Below are positions 1 through 11,788 of a stretch of 64,000 bases of DNA, in pieces (the first letter of the stretch is position 1; each line of letters begins with the position of its first letter). The translations under genes and the position numbers were made by a program. Source of the stretch: Betaproteobacteria bacterium (GTDB lineage Bacteria; Pseudomonadota; Gammaproteobacteria; Burkholderiales; SG8-39); the NCBI GenBank assembly GCA_029883975.1, contig JAOUIL010000002.1:3014-67013 (forward strand), in the 5' to 3' direction. The notes beneath the pieces are model-generated. The model had not been told where the DNA came from and did not search any database. It worked only from the letters and a program-made list of their open reading frames with translations.

Positions 1-1589
<1,589 letters not shown>

Positions 1590-1600
1590 AGGAACCGACG

Positions 1601-2794
1601 ATGCCCGGACCGCTCGACGGCGTGCGCGTGCTCGACCTCACCACCGTGGTGATGGGCCCGTACGCCACGCAGATCCTCGCCGACTTCGGCGCCGACGTGG
1701 TGAAAGTCGAGCCGCCCGAGGGCGACATCATGCGCTTCGCCTGGCCGTTCCGCTCCAAGGGCATGGGGCATATCTTCCTCAACGCCAACCGCAACAAGCG
1801 CGGCATCGTCCTCGATCTGAAGAAGCCCGAGGGGCGCGAAGCGTGCCTGGCGCTCGCGGCGCGGGCCGACGTGCTGGTCTACAACATCCGCCCGCAGGCG
1901 ATGGCGCGCCTGAAGCTCGGCTACGATGACGTGCGCGCGGTGAATCCCCGCATCGTCTACGTCGGCTGCTTCGGCTACAGCCAAAACGGCCCCTACGCGG
2001 CGAAGGCCGCCTACGACGACCTGATCCAGGGCGCCGCGGGGCTGCCCTGGCTCGCGCGCGAGGCGGGGGCGGAGTCGCCGCGCTACACGCCGGTGATCAT
2101 CGCCGACCGCTCGGTCGGGCTGCACACGGCGAACGCCGTCAGCGCCGCGCTGTACGCGCGCGAGCGGACCGGCAAGGGCCAGCGCGTGGACGTGCCGATG
2201 TTCGAGAGCCTGCTGCAGTCGGTGCTCGGCGAGCACCTGGGCGGCTTCACCTTCGTGCCGCAGCTGGGCGACGGCGGCTACCGGCGCATGCTCACCCCCT
2301 ACCGCCGGCCCTACGAGACGAAGGACGGCTACGTCTGCGCGCTCATCTACAACGACAAGCACTGGAAGAGCTTCTTCGAGCTGGTCGGTCGCGCCGAGCT
2401 CGAAGGCGACCCGCGCTTCGCCTCGGCCGAGGGGCGCAGCCAGAACTTCGACGCCGTCTACAGCTTCGTCGCCGACGAGATGCACAAGCGCACCACCGAC
2501 GAGTGGCTTGCGGCGCTGGAGCAGGCCGACATCCCGGTGCAGCGCATGAACAGCCTCGAGGACATCCTGCGCGATCCGCACCTGGCGGCAATCGGCTACT
2601 TCACGCCGGTCGAGCACCCGAGCGAGGGCCGGCTCCTGTCGATGAAGGTGCCCTCCGAGTGGTCGGAGACCGCGCCCGAGTACCGGCGCCACGCGCCGCG
2701 CTTCGGCGAGCACACGCGCGAGGTGCTCAGGGAGGCGGGCTACAGCGACGCGCAGGTCGACGCCTTGGCCGCGAGCGGCGCGGCTCGGCTATAA
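1601..2794 (+). CDS. CaiB/BaiF family (class III) CoA-transferase
   Basis: MPGPLDGVRVLDLTTVVMGPYATQILADFGADVVKVEPP, NRNKRGIVLDLK and C-terminal APRFGEHTREVL. ATG at 1601 follows AAGGA. Confidence 0.93.
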   Translation: MPGPLDGVRVLDLTTVVMGPYATQILADFGADVVKVEPPEGDIMRFAWPFRSKGMGHIFLNANRNKRGIVLDLKKPEGREACLALAARADVLVYNIRPQAMARLKLGYDDVRAVNPRIVYVGCFGYSQNGPYAAKAAYDDLIQGAAGLPWLAREAGAESPRYTPVIIADRSVGLHTANAVSAALYARERTGKGQRVDVPMFESLLQSVLGEHLGGFTFVPQLGDGGYRRMLTPYRRPYETKDGYVCALIYNDKHWKSFFELVGRAELEGDPRFASAEGRSQNFDAVYSFVADEMHKRTTDEWLAALEQADIPVQRMNSLEDILRDPHLAAIGYFTPVEHPSEGRLLSMKVPSEWSETAPEYRRHAPRFGEHTREVLREAGYSDAQVDALAASGAARL

Positions 2795-2795
2795 T
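2790..2795 (+). promoter_or_regulatory. Putative sigma70 -10 hexamer (TATAAT) for the metX leader
   Basis: Perfect TATAAT overlapping the TAA stop of the upstream gene, about 10 nt before the riboswitch P1 stem. No good -35 at 17 bp spacing. Confidence 0.6.
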
Positions 2796-2802
2796 CTCCC
2801 GC

Positions 2803-2860
2803 GCAGCGCCGATTTGACGTTCAGCTTGCGGGCGCTCTACAAATACCGCTAAAGAGACCG
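2803..2860 (+). ncRNA. SAM-II (SAM_alpha-type) riboswitch aptamer
   Basis: AGCGCC-GATTTG-acgttca-GCTTGC-g-GGCGCT-ctacaaatacc-GCTAAAG-agaccg. It has a P1 stem AGCGCC/GGCGCT and the conserved GAUUU, GCUUGC and GCUAAA blocks of SAM-II, directly upstream of metX. Confidence 0.88.
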
Positions 2861-2870
2861 GTTCCCGACG

Positions 2871-2906
2871 GCCCGTTCTCGCGCAAGCTGAACGGGCTTT
2901 TTCTTT
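2871..2906 (+). terminator. Intrinsic terminator forming the riboswitch expression platform
   Basis: Stem GCCCGTTC (2871-2878)/GAACGGGC (2890-2897) followed by TTTTTCTTT (2898-2906). Confidence 0.8.
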
Positions 2907-2918
2907 CGTGGAGGCGGG

Positions 2919-4040
2919 GTGCCCGGCTCGGTCGGCATCGTCGAAGCGCAGCGCGCGGTATTCGAGCAGCCTTTCCGCTTCCGGAGCGGCGCCGAGATCC
3001 CGCGCTTCGAGCTCATGTACGAGACCTACGGCAGGCTGAACGCCGCCCGCTCGAACGCCGTGCTCGTCTGCCACGCGCTCAATGCCTCGCACCACGTCGC
3101 CGGCAGCTACGCAAGCGACCCGGACAACGTCGGCTGGTGGGACAACCTCGTGGGCCCCGGCAAGCCGCTCGACACCGACCGCTTCTTCGTCATCGGCAAC
3201 AACTACATCGGCGGCTGCTTCGGCTCGACCGGCCCTGCCTCGGTCAACCCCGCCACCGGCAAGCCCTACGGCGCGGACTTTCCGGTGGTGACGGTCGAGG
3301 ACTGGGTGGCGGCGCAGGCGCGCCTCGCCGATCACCTGGGCATCGAGCGTTTCGCCGCGGTGATCGGCGGGTCGCTCGGCGCGATGCAGGCGCTGCAGTG
3401 GGCGCTCGCCTGCCCCGAGCGCGTACGGCATTCGCTGGTCATCGCTTCCACGCCCAAGCTCTCGGCGCAGAACATCGCCTTCAACGAGGTGGCGCGCCAG
3501 GCGATCATGACCGATCCCGACTTCCACGGCGGGCACTACTACGAGCACGGCGTGGTGCCGCGCAGGGGCTTGCGCATCGCGCGCATGATCGGGCACATCA
3601 CCTACCTGTCGGACGACGCGATGATGGAGAAGTTCGGCCGCGTGCTGCGCCGCGCGGCGCCCGGCTTCGACTTCGACGTCGACTTCGAGATCGAGAGCTA
3701 CCTGCGCTACCAGGGCGACAAGTTCTCGACCTACTTCGACGCCAACACCTACCTCAGGATCACCAAGGCGCTGGACTACTACGACCCGGCGGGCGATTTC
3801 GGCGGCGACCTGTCGGCGGCCTTCGCACGCGCGCGGGCCGCGTTCCTGGTGGTGTCCTTCAAGTCCGACTGGCGCTTCGCGCCGGCGCGCTCGCGCGCCA
3901 TGGTGAAGGCGCTGCTCGACAACCGGCGCATCGTGTCGTATCTGGAGCTGGACGCGCCCGGCGGGCACGACGCGTTCCTGCTCGAGGATCCGCGCTACCA
4001 CGGCGCGCTCGCCGCCTACTTCGGGAACATCGAGCTGTGA
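2919..4040 (+). CDS. metX: Homoserine O-acyltransferase (MetX family)
   Basis: [29 protein letters not shown] nucleophile elbow and GHDAFLL. GTG start follows GGAGG. Confidence 0.96.
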   Translation: MPGSVGIVEAQRAVFEQPFRFRSGAEIPRFELMYETYGRLNAARSNAVLVCHALNASHHVAGSYASDPDNVGWWDNLVGPGKPLDTDRFFVIGNNYIGGCFGSTGPASVNPATGKPYGADFPVVTVEDWVAAQARLADHLGIERFAAVIGGSLGAMQALQWALACPERVRHSLVIASTPKLSAQNIAFNEVARQAIMTDPDFHGGHYYEHGVVPRRGLRIARMIGHITYLSDDAMMEKFGRVLRRAAPGFDFDVDFEIESYLRYQGDKFSTYFDANTYLRITKALDYYDPAGDFGGDLSAAFARARAAFLVVSFKSDWRFAPARSRAMVKALLDNRRIVSYLELDAPGGHDAFLLEDPRYHGALAAYFGNIEL

Positions 4041-4615
4041 CGCGCCCCGACCTCGAAGCGATCGCCCGCTGGGTGGCCCCCGGCGCGCGGGTGCTCGATC
4101 TCGGCTGCGGCGACGGTTCGCTGCTCAAGCACCTCTGGGACAACCACCAGGCGCACGGCTACGGCGTGGAGATCGACGACGCCGAGGTGCTCGCCAGCAT
4201 GAGGAACGACGTCAACGTCCTGCAGCTCGACCTGGAGTCGGGGCTCGCGCTCTTCCACGACGCGTCCTTCGACTACGTGATCCTCTCGGAGACGCTGCAG
4301 ACCATCCATCGCATCGAGCAACTCACGCGCGAGATGCTGCGCGTGGGACGCGAGGTGATCGTGTCGTTTCCCAACTTCGGCCACTGGCGCGACCGCCTGC
4401 AGGTGCTCCTCGGCCGCATGCCGGTGTCCGAAGAGCTGCCGCACCAGTGGTACGACACGCCGAACGTGCACCTGTGCACGCTGGCGGACTTCGAGGACCT
4501 GTGCGCGCGGCTCGGGGCGCGCATCCTCGAGCGCGCGGTCCTGCACCGCGGCCGCGCCGTGCGCGTGCTGCCGAATCTCTTCGGCAGCATCGCGGTCTAT
4601 CGCGTCACTGCGTAG
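4037..4615 (+). CDS. metW: Methionine biosynthesis protein MetW (SAM-dependent methyltransferase fold)
   Basis: [20 protein letters not shown] and [15 protein letters not shown] overlap with the metX stop. Confidence 0.93.
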   Translation: MTRPDLEAIARWVAPGARVLDLGCGDGSLLKHLWDNHQAHGYGVEIDDAEVLASMRNDVNVLQLDLESGLALFHDASFDYVILSETLQTIHRIEQLTREMLRVGREVIVSFPNFGHWRDRLQVLLGRMPVSEELPHQWYDTPNVHLCTLADFEDLCARLGARILERAVLHRGRAVRVLPNLFGSIAVYRVTA

Positions 4616-4618
4616 CGG

Positions 4619-5227
4619 CTACTTGCCCGCGGCCGGCTTGGGCGCCGGCTCCACCGTCAGCGCCACCGCCTCGGTGAACACCGCCTCGACCTGGTCGCCC
4701 TTCTTCACTCGCGCGAGCTGTTTGGGGTCCTGCAACTGCAGGTCGACGTAGTTGCCCTTGGGGCCCTTGAGCGTCACGGTCATCGCCTTCTTGTTCACCG
4801 CGACCACGTTCGCGATCACGTGGACCTGCCGGCCCACGGCGACGCCGGGCCGCTCGCCGGGCTTCGCGCTCACCATGTCCTTCGAGTCGGTGCGCTCCAT
4901 GATTCCCGTGCCGCCCTTCTTCAACTCGAGGGTCAGCGACTGCATGAAGCGCGCCACGACCTGGTCGCCGAGCTGGATCTGGTCGTAGTTCTTCACCTCG
5001 TCACTGGCGAAGACCGTCGTCACCCGGCCGTTGGCCGCCTTCAGGTCGATGCTGCGCGCCGCCTTGTCCAGGCCGACGACCACCGCCCGAATCTCGAGCA
5101 CGCGCGCACCGGCGGCCTTGCCCTCGCCGACGGCCTTCACCTCCATGGCCTTGGGTGCCGGGGGTTGCTGGGCATGCGCGATGCCGAGAGTCATCGCCGC
5201 GCAGGCGGCGAGAAGGAACTTGTTCAT
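4619..5227 (-). CDS. Secreted hypothetical protein with two tandem OB-fold-like repeats
   Basis: Signal peptide MNKFLLAACAAMTLGIAHA, RBS GGAG, and two similar units each ending ...GDQV. Confidence 0.75.
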   Translation of the reverse strand: MNKFLLAACAAMTLGIAHAQQPPAPKAMEVKAVGEGKAAGARVLEIRAVVVGLDKAARSIDLKAANGRVTTVFASDEVKNYDQIQLGDQVVARFMQSLTLELKKGGTGIMERTDSKDMVSAKPGERPGVAVGRQVHVIANVVAVNKKAMTVTLKGPKGNYVDLQLQDPKQLARVKKGDQVEAVFTEAVALTVEPAPKPAAGK

Positions 5228-5373
5228 TGCGGTCTCCACGAGAAGTACTGCTGGGGGGCGGAAGTATAGCAGCCGCAGGTACTAGTTCCGGCGCGGGGAT
5301 TGACCGAAGGCGCCCCTCCGGCGCAGCATCGGCCCGGCAGTTTCCAAGAATGCGAAATCAGGAGGATCAGCAG

Positions 5374-5817
5374 ATGAGCAGAACCACTGCGGGAGTCTGG
5401 GCGGTCACTGCGGTGATCGCCCTGGCGGGCTGCGCGGACATGCAGAAGCAGATGCCCGACTGGATGCCGGGCAGCGGCGCGATCAGTGTCAGTCTGAGCG
5501 GCGCCGAAGAAGTGCCGCCGGTCAAGACTTCGGCGACCGGCAGCGGCAGCTTCCGCGTCGCCGACGACGGCACGATCACTGGCAGCGTGACCACCAAGGA
5601 CATCGCGGGCACGGCAGCGCACATCCACCTGGGTGCCAAGGGCAGGAATGGCCCGGTCATCGTGCCGCTCGCCAAGAACGGCGACACCTACAGCGTGCCG
5701 GCGGGCCGCAAGCTCACCGAGTCGCAGATGAAGGCGCTCAAGGCGGGCGAGCTCTACGTCAACGTGCACAGCGCCAAGCACAGGGGCGGAGAGGTGCGGG
5801 CGCAGCTCCAGCCCTGA
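5374..5817 (+). CDS. CHRD-domain lipoprotein
   Basis: Lipobox LAGC; LSGAEEVPPV, AAHIH, LYVNVHS and GGEVRAQL are CHRD hallmarks. RBS AGGAGG. Confidence 0.88.
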   Translation: MSRTTAGVWAVTAVIALAGCADMQKQMPDWMPGSGAISVSLSGAEEVPPVKTSATGSGSFRVADDGTITGSVTTKDIAGTAAHIHLGAKGRNGPVIVPLAKNGDTYSVPAGRKLTESQMKALKAGELYVNVHSAKHRGGEVRAQLQP

Positions 5818-5824
5818 GCGCGCG

Positions 5825-6064
5825 CTAGCGCCTCGCCGCGCAAACGTCGGCCTCGCGCCGGCAGGCCTCCTGGCAAGCCTGCGCCGACGCGCTGTCGGCC
5901 GACGTCCGCCGGCAGATCTGCAGGCATTCGTTCTGCTGGACGGCGCAGCTCGGCGTGTCGTCGCCGATCACCATTTCCTTGTACAGGTAGTACCCGGCGC
6001 CCACGGCGAGCGCCAGCACCACCAGCGATCCGAGCCAGCCCAGCCCGCGTTGCCGCCTTCTCAT
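5825..6064 (-). CDS. Small membrane-anchored six-cysteine protein
   Basis: 79 aa with a basic N-terminus, a TM helix, then C-x6-C-x3-C...C-x3-C-x6-C. RBS GGAGG upstream on the minus strand. Confidence 0.7.
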   Translation of the reverse strand: MRRRQRGLGWLGSLVVLALAVGAGYYLYKEMVIGDDTPSCAVQQNECLQICRRTSADSASAQACQEACRREADVCAARR

Positions 6065-6085
6065 CCGGTTCCTCCCGCGCGAGTC

Positions 6086-7399
6086 CTAGCGCGCGCCGCC
6101 CTCGCCCACCCGGCCCGCCGAGCCGATCGACAGGTCGGCAAGCCCGGAGCGGATCATGAGCCAGAACAGGATCACGCCCGGCAATGCGACCAGCGTGGTC
6201 AGCAGGTAGAAGTTCACGTAGCCCATGGCCTCGATGAGGCCGCCGGCCGTGGTTCCGGTGAGAAAGCGTCCCGCGATGCTGGCCAGCGCCGAAAGCAGCG
6301 CGTATTGCGTCGCGGTGAAGCGCAGGTTGCACAGGGCCGAGAGATAGGCGACGACCGTCACGCCGCCGATGCCGCTCGCGAAGTTCTCGAAGCCGACCGC
6401 CGCCGCCATGCCGAGGTTGCTATGCCCGATGGCGGCGAGCGCCGCGAAGCTGAGGTTCGACACCGCCATCAGTATCAGGCTCACCAGCACGGAGAGCTTC
6501 ATCCCCAGCCGCACGTAGAGGATGCCGCCCGCGAAAATGCCGGCCAGCAGCGCGACGAAGCCCACGCCGACGTCGTAGAACGCGATCTCGCCGTTGCTGA
6601 AGCCGAGGCTCTCGAACAGCAGCCGCAGCGTCAGGTTGGCGAGCGTGTCGCCGATCTTGTGGATCAGGACGAACAGCAGCACGACCAGCGCTCCCTGTCG
6701 CCGCAGGAACTCGGCCAGGGGGCTGAAATAGGCTTGCACCGCTTCCAGCAGACCGTGCGGCGCGACGGGCTCGCGATGGCGCCGCGGCTCGCCCATCAGC
6801 AACCCGACCATCATCGCCGGCAAGGCGAACGCGGCGCAGGCGACATACGCCGCGGCCCAGCCGAGCTGCTGGGCGAGGACGAGGGCAAGCCCCCCCGCCG
6901 CGGCGGCGCCAATGCGCCAGCCGTACTGCGACATGCCGGAGCCGGCACCGAGCTGCCGCGGCTCGAGCAGCTCGATGCGGTAGGCGTCGATGACGATGTC
7001 GAACGTGGCCCCCGCGACACCCACGGCGACCGCCGCGGCCGCGACGAGGAGCAGCGACTCCTGCGGATCGGCGAAGCCGAGCCAGGCGACCGCGGCCATC
7101 ACCAGCACGCCGACCAGCCACAGCCAGCTGCGCCGCTGGCCGAAGCGGCCGATCAGTGGCAGGCGGAAGTTGTCGACGACGGGCGCCCACAGGAACTTCA
7201 GGTTGTAGGCGAGGAAGGTGAGCGCGAAAGCCGTCACCGCGCCCTTGCTGATGCCGTGCTGGGCAAGGCGCGTGGTCAGCGTCGCGCCGATCATGGCGAA
7301 GGCGAAGCCGGAGGAGATGCCAAGAAACAGCGCCGCGAGCGGCGCGCGCTCCAGGTAGGGTCGGAGGCTGTCGCGCAGCCGGCTAGAGCCGGGCGTCAT
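6086..7399 (-). CDS. ampG: AmpG-like muropeptide MFS transporter
   Basis: LKFLWAPVVD, GQRRSW, ATFDIVIDAYRIE and FTATQYALLS; about 12 TM segments. Confidence 0.88.
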   Translation of the reverse strand: MTPGSSRLRDSLRPYLERAPLAALFLGISSGFAFAMIGATLTTRLAQHGISKGAVTAFALTFLAYNLKFLWAPVVDNFRLPLIGRFGQRRSWLWLVGVLVMAAVAWLGFADPQESLLLVAAAAVAVGVAGATFDIVIDAYRIELLEPRQLGAGSGMSQYGWRIGAAAAGGLALVLAQQLGWAAAYVACAAFALPAMMVGLLMGEPRRHREPVAPHGLLEAVQAYFSPLAEFLRRQGALVVLLFVLIHKIGDTLANLTLRLLFESLGFSNGEIAFYDVGVGFVALLAGIFAGGILYVRLGMKLSVLVSLILMAVSNLSFAALAAIGHSNLGMAAAVGFENFASGIGGVTVVAYLSALCNLRFTATQYALLSALASIAGRFLTGTTAGGLIEAMGYVNFYLLTTLVALPGVILFWLMIRSGLADLSIGSAGRVGEGGAR

Positions 7400-8156
7400 A
7401 GTCGATCGTCAGCGGCGCGTGGTCGGAGAAGCGCTTCTTCTTGTAGATCGACTCGCGCCGCGCCCGGGCGGCGATGCCCGGCGTGGCGATCTGGTAGTCG
7501 ATGCGCCAGCCGACGTTCTTCGCCCAGGCCTGGCCGCGGTTCGACCACCAGGTGTACTGGTCCGGCTTCCGGTTCAGGCGCCGGAACACGTCGACGAAGC
7601 CCAGCTCGTCGAACACTCGCGTCAGCCAAGCGCGCTCCTCGGGCAGGAAGCCCGAGTTCTTCTGGTTGGAGCGCCAGTTTCTCAGGTCGATCTCCTGGTG
7701 CGCGATGTTCCAGTCGCCGCACAGGATCACCTCGCGGCCGCTCCTTCTCAGCTTCTTCAGGTGCGGCAGGAACGCGTCGAGGAAGCGGTACTTGGAGGCC
7801 TGGCGATGCGGGCCGCTCGAGCCCGAGGGCAGATAGAGCGAGACGATCGACAGCTTGCCGAAGCGCGCCTCCAGATAGCGCCCCTCGTCGTCGAACTCCT
7901 TGATGCCGAACCCGTCGCGCACCGCGTCCGGGCGCACGCGGCTGTAGAGCGCGACGCCCGCATAGCCCTTCTTGTCGGCATGCGAGAAGCAGGCGTGCAG
8001 GCCGCGCGGCGCGCGCATCGTGGCGTCGAGGTCGCCGTCGTGCGCCTTGATCTCCTGCAGGCAGACGACATCGGCCTTCTGCGCGCCAAGCCAGCGGTAC
8101 AGCCCCTTGCGGGCCGCGGACCTGATGCCGTTGACGTTGAGAGTTACTACCCTCAA
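7383..8156 (-). CDS. xth: Exodeoxyribonuclease III / AP endonuclease
   Basis: [28 protein letters not shown] and SDHAP catalytic motifs are intact. TTG start overlaps the pyrE TGA (TTGA). Confidence 0.92.
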   Translation of the reverse strand: MRVVTLNVNGIRSAARKGLYRWLGAQKADVVCLQEIKAHDGDLDATMRAPRGLHACFSHADKKGYAGVALYSRVRPDAVRDGFGIKEFDDEGRYLEARFGKLSIVSLYLPSGSSGPHRQASKYRFLDAFLPHLKKLRRSGREVILCGDWNIAHQEIDLRNWRSNQKNSGFLPEERAWLTRVFDELGFVDVFRRLNRKPDQYTWWSNRGQAWAKNVGWRIDYQIATPGIAARARRESIYKKKRFSDHAPLTIDYDARL

Positions 8157-8842
8157 GAGGAGGGAAAGCTCGACGCACCGCCGTGCGCCGCCGACCACTC
8201 GGCCGGCGCGTGCAGGAACTTCTCCACCTGCGCGATCTGCGCGGCAGCGAGGTAGTTGCCCTGCTTGACGACCGCGAGCACGTCCCACCACGTCGCCAGG
8301 TGGTGCAGGCGCACGCCGAGCTCGTCCATCACCTTCTTCGACTCCGGGAAGATGTCGTAGTAGAAGTTGACGAACACGTGCTCGACCACCGCCCCGGCGT
8401 CGCGCAGCGCCTTGCAGAAGTTGATCTTCGAGCGGCCGTCGGTGGTGAGGTCCTCGACCAGCAGCGTGCGTGCGCCCTCGCGGATGTCGCCCTCGATCTG
8501 CGCGTTGCGGCCGAACCCCTTGGGCTTCTTGCGGATGTACTGCATCGGCAGCCCGAGGCGATCGGCGAGCCACGCCGCATAGGGGATGCCCGCGGTCTCG
8601 CCGCCCGCGACGACGTCGAACTGCTCGAGGCCCGCGTCGCGCGCCAGCGTCGCGTCGGCGAATTCCACCAGCTGGCGCCGGATGCGCGGATAGAAGATCA
8701 GCTTGCGGCAGTCGATGTACACCGGGCTCGCCCAGCCGGAGGTGAAGGTGAAGGGCTTGCCCTCGGAGAAGAGCACCGCCTTCACCTCGAGCAGCATCTT
8801 CGCGGTGGTCTCGGCGATGAACGCGCGGTCGGCGGAATGCAT
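8153..8842 (-). CDS. pyrE: Orotate phosphoribosyltransferase
   Basis: [25 protein letters not shown] and the PRPP loop [12 protein letters not shown]. Confidence 0.95.
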   Translation of the reverse strand: MHSADRAFIAETTAKMLLEVKAVLFSEGKPFTFTSGWASPVYIDCRKLIFYPRIRRQLVEFADATLARDAGLEQFDVVAGGETAGIPYAAWLADRLGLPMQYIRKKPKGFGRNAQIEGDIREGARTLLVEDLTTDGRSKINFCKALRDAGAVVEHVFVNFYYDIFPESKKVMDELGVRLHHLATWWDVLAVVKQGNYLAAAQIAQVEKFLHAPAEWSAAHGGASSFPSS

Positions 8843-8881
8843 GGGAAGCGGGCGGATTTTAGCAGGGTTAGAATCGCGCCG

Positions 8882-9607
8882 ATGACCGCTCCCCGGGGGG
8901 TCGCGATGTTCCGCATGCCGCTGCTGGCCGCGTGCGCGCTGCTTGCGCTCGCGGCGGCGCCCGACGCGGCGCTGGCGCAGCCCAAGTCCGAGGCCGCGAT
9001 GGAGAAGGCGCGCATGGACAAGCTGCGCGCGCAGGTGCGCTCCTACCGCTGCGTCACCAAGGCCGGGCGCAAGTACTACGGCTCGACCATCCCGCCGCAA
9101 TGCAACGGCGAGCTGGTCGAGGCGCTCTCGTCGCAGGGCACGGTGCTGTTTCGCATCGACCCGCCGCTCACGCCGGAGCAGAAGGCGGCGAAGGAGGCCG
9201 AGGAGCTGAAGGCCGCCGAGGCCGAGGCCGCGAAGAAGGAGGCCGCGCGCCAGGCGCAGGTCCAGGCGCGCCGCGACCAGGCGCTGCTGCAGACCTACGC
9301 CGACGAGGGCGACATCGAGCGCGTGCGCCAGCGCGCGCTGGCCGACAACCGCGCCGCGGCCTCGCAGGTGCAGGCGACGATCGGCCGGCTCAAGCAGCGC
9401 CAGGAGCAGCTCGACAAGGAGCAGGCCAAGTACAAGAGCTCGGCCGACATGCCCGCCAGGCTGCTGCAGGACCTTCGCGCGGTGGCCTACGACCTGTCGC
9501 TGCAGGAGCGGCTGCTGGAGACGCGCAAGAAGGAAGCCGCCGAGATCAACGCGCGCTACGACGAGGAAAAGCGCAAGTACCGCGAGCTGACCGGCAAGGG
9601 CAAGTAG
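8882..9607 (+). CDS. Exported coiled-coil hypothetical protein (DUF4124-like N-terminus)
   Basis: Signal peptide, YRC...GRKYYG...PPQC and [10 protein letters not shown], followed by a long coiled coil. The start could instead be 8906. Confidence 0.75.
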   Translation: MTAPRGVAMFRMPLLAACALLALAAAPDAALAQPKSEAAMEKARMDKLRAQVRSYRCVTKAGRKYYGSTIPPQCNGELVEALSSQGTVLFRIDPPLTPEQKAAKEAEELKAAEAEAAKKEAARQAQVQARRDQALLQTYADEGDIERVRQRALADNRAAASQVQATIGRLKQRQEQLDKEQAKYKSSADMPARLLQDLRAVAYDLSLQERLLETRKKEAAEINARYDEEKRKYRELTGKGK

Positions 9608-9611
9608 CCCG

Positions 9612-11045
<1,434 letters not shown>

Positions 11046-11047
11046 CG

Positions 11048-11788
11048 TCACCTCTGCAGCGGCCGCATCAGTTGGCAGCCGCCGCGCCGATCGAGCAGCA
11101 CCGGCTCGAGGTACGCCTGCGAGCCGCAGGCCTCGGTGCAGTTCTCCGCGCTCACGCGCACGAACTCGCCCAGGTCGCGCAGGGTGACGCGGCAGCGCCC
11201 GGTGGCGAAGCGCAGGCCGCCGTCGAACGGCTGCTGCTCCTCCGTGACCACGGCGCACACGTGACCCGAGGGCGCGACGCGCGAGCGCCAGTCCAGGCGC
11301 CTGAGCCGGCCCTGCTCGACCGCGAGCTCGAGCGTCGCGGCGTAGCGCCCTTGGGCGAGCTCGCAGCGCGCCTCCACGCTGTAGCCCTGCATGTCGGGAA
11401 ACTTCTCTTGGAACTCGAAGCGCTCGCGTTCCTGGCCGCCGGGGGCGAAGCGGGTACCGCGGAGCACGCCGGCGCTCCACATGCCCTGCAGCGTGGCGGT
11501 GCCCGGGCGGCCGTAGAGGATCGGCGAGTTGCCCTCCTTGAGGAACGTCACGCCGAGCTGCTTGCTGCGCTCGCCTTCCAGGAACCGCTGGTGCAGGGGC
11601 GTCAGGATCCAGTACTCGCCCGTGAGCCGCGCAGAGCCGTCCGGTCGCGAGGTCTCGTAGATCTGCAGCGTGGCCGCGCGCCCGCCCATCTGCCCGATCA
11701 GCTCGTGCATCTGCCCGCCCTCCTCCTGGGCCTGGGCGAGCGCCGCGGAGGCTGCGGCGAGCAGCGCCAGCGCCGCGAGCCCCCTCAC
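11048..11788 (-). CDS. Secreted hypothetical protein lying between gatA and gatB
   Basis: GTG start overlaps the gatA stop (GTGA). Signal peptide ...[10 protein letters not shown] and six Cys in the C-terminal half. Ends 2 nt before the gatB start. Confidence 0.78.
   Translation of the reverse strand: MRGLAALALLAAASAALAQAQEEGGQMHELIGQMGGRAATLQIYETSRPDGSARLTGEYWILTPLHQRFLEGERSKQLGVTFLKEGNSPILYGRPGTATLQGMWSAGVLRGTRFAPGGQERERFEFQEKFPDMQGYSVEARCELAQGRYAATLELAVEQGRLRRLDWRSRVAPSGHVCAVVTEEQQPFDGGLRFATGRCRVTLRDLGEFVRVSAENCTEACGSQAYLEPVLLDRRGGCQLMRPLQR

Noticed and set aside
7383-8156. Possible Crc (catabolite repression control) protein, given its position beside pyrE
   Set aside because: The catalytic residues of exonuclease III (SLY, GDWN, RIDY, SDH) are intact, unlike the degenerate site of Crc.
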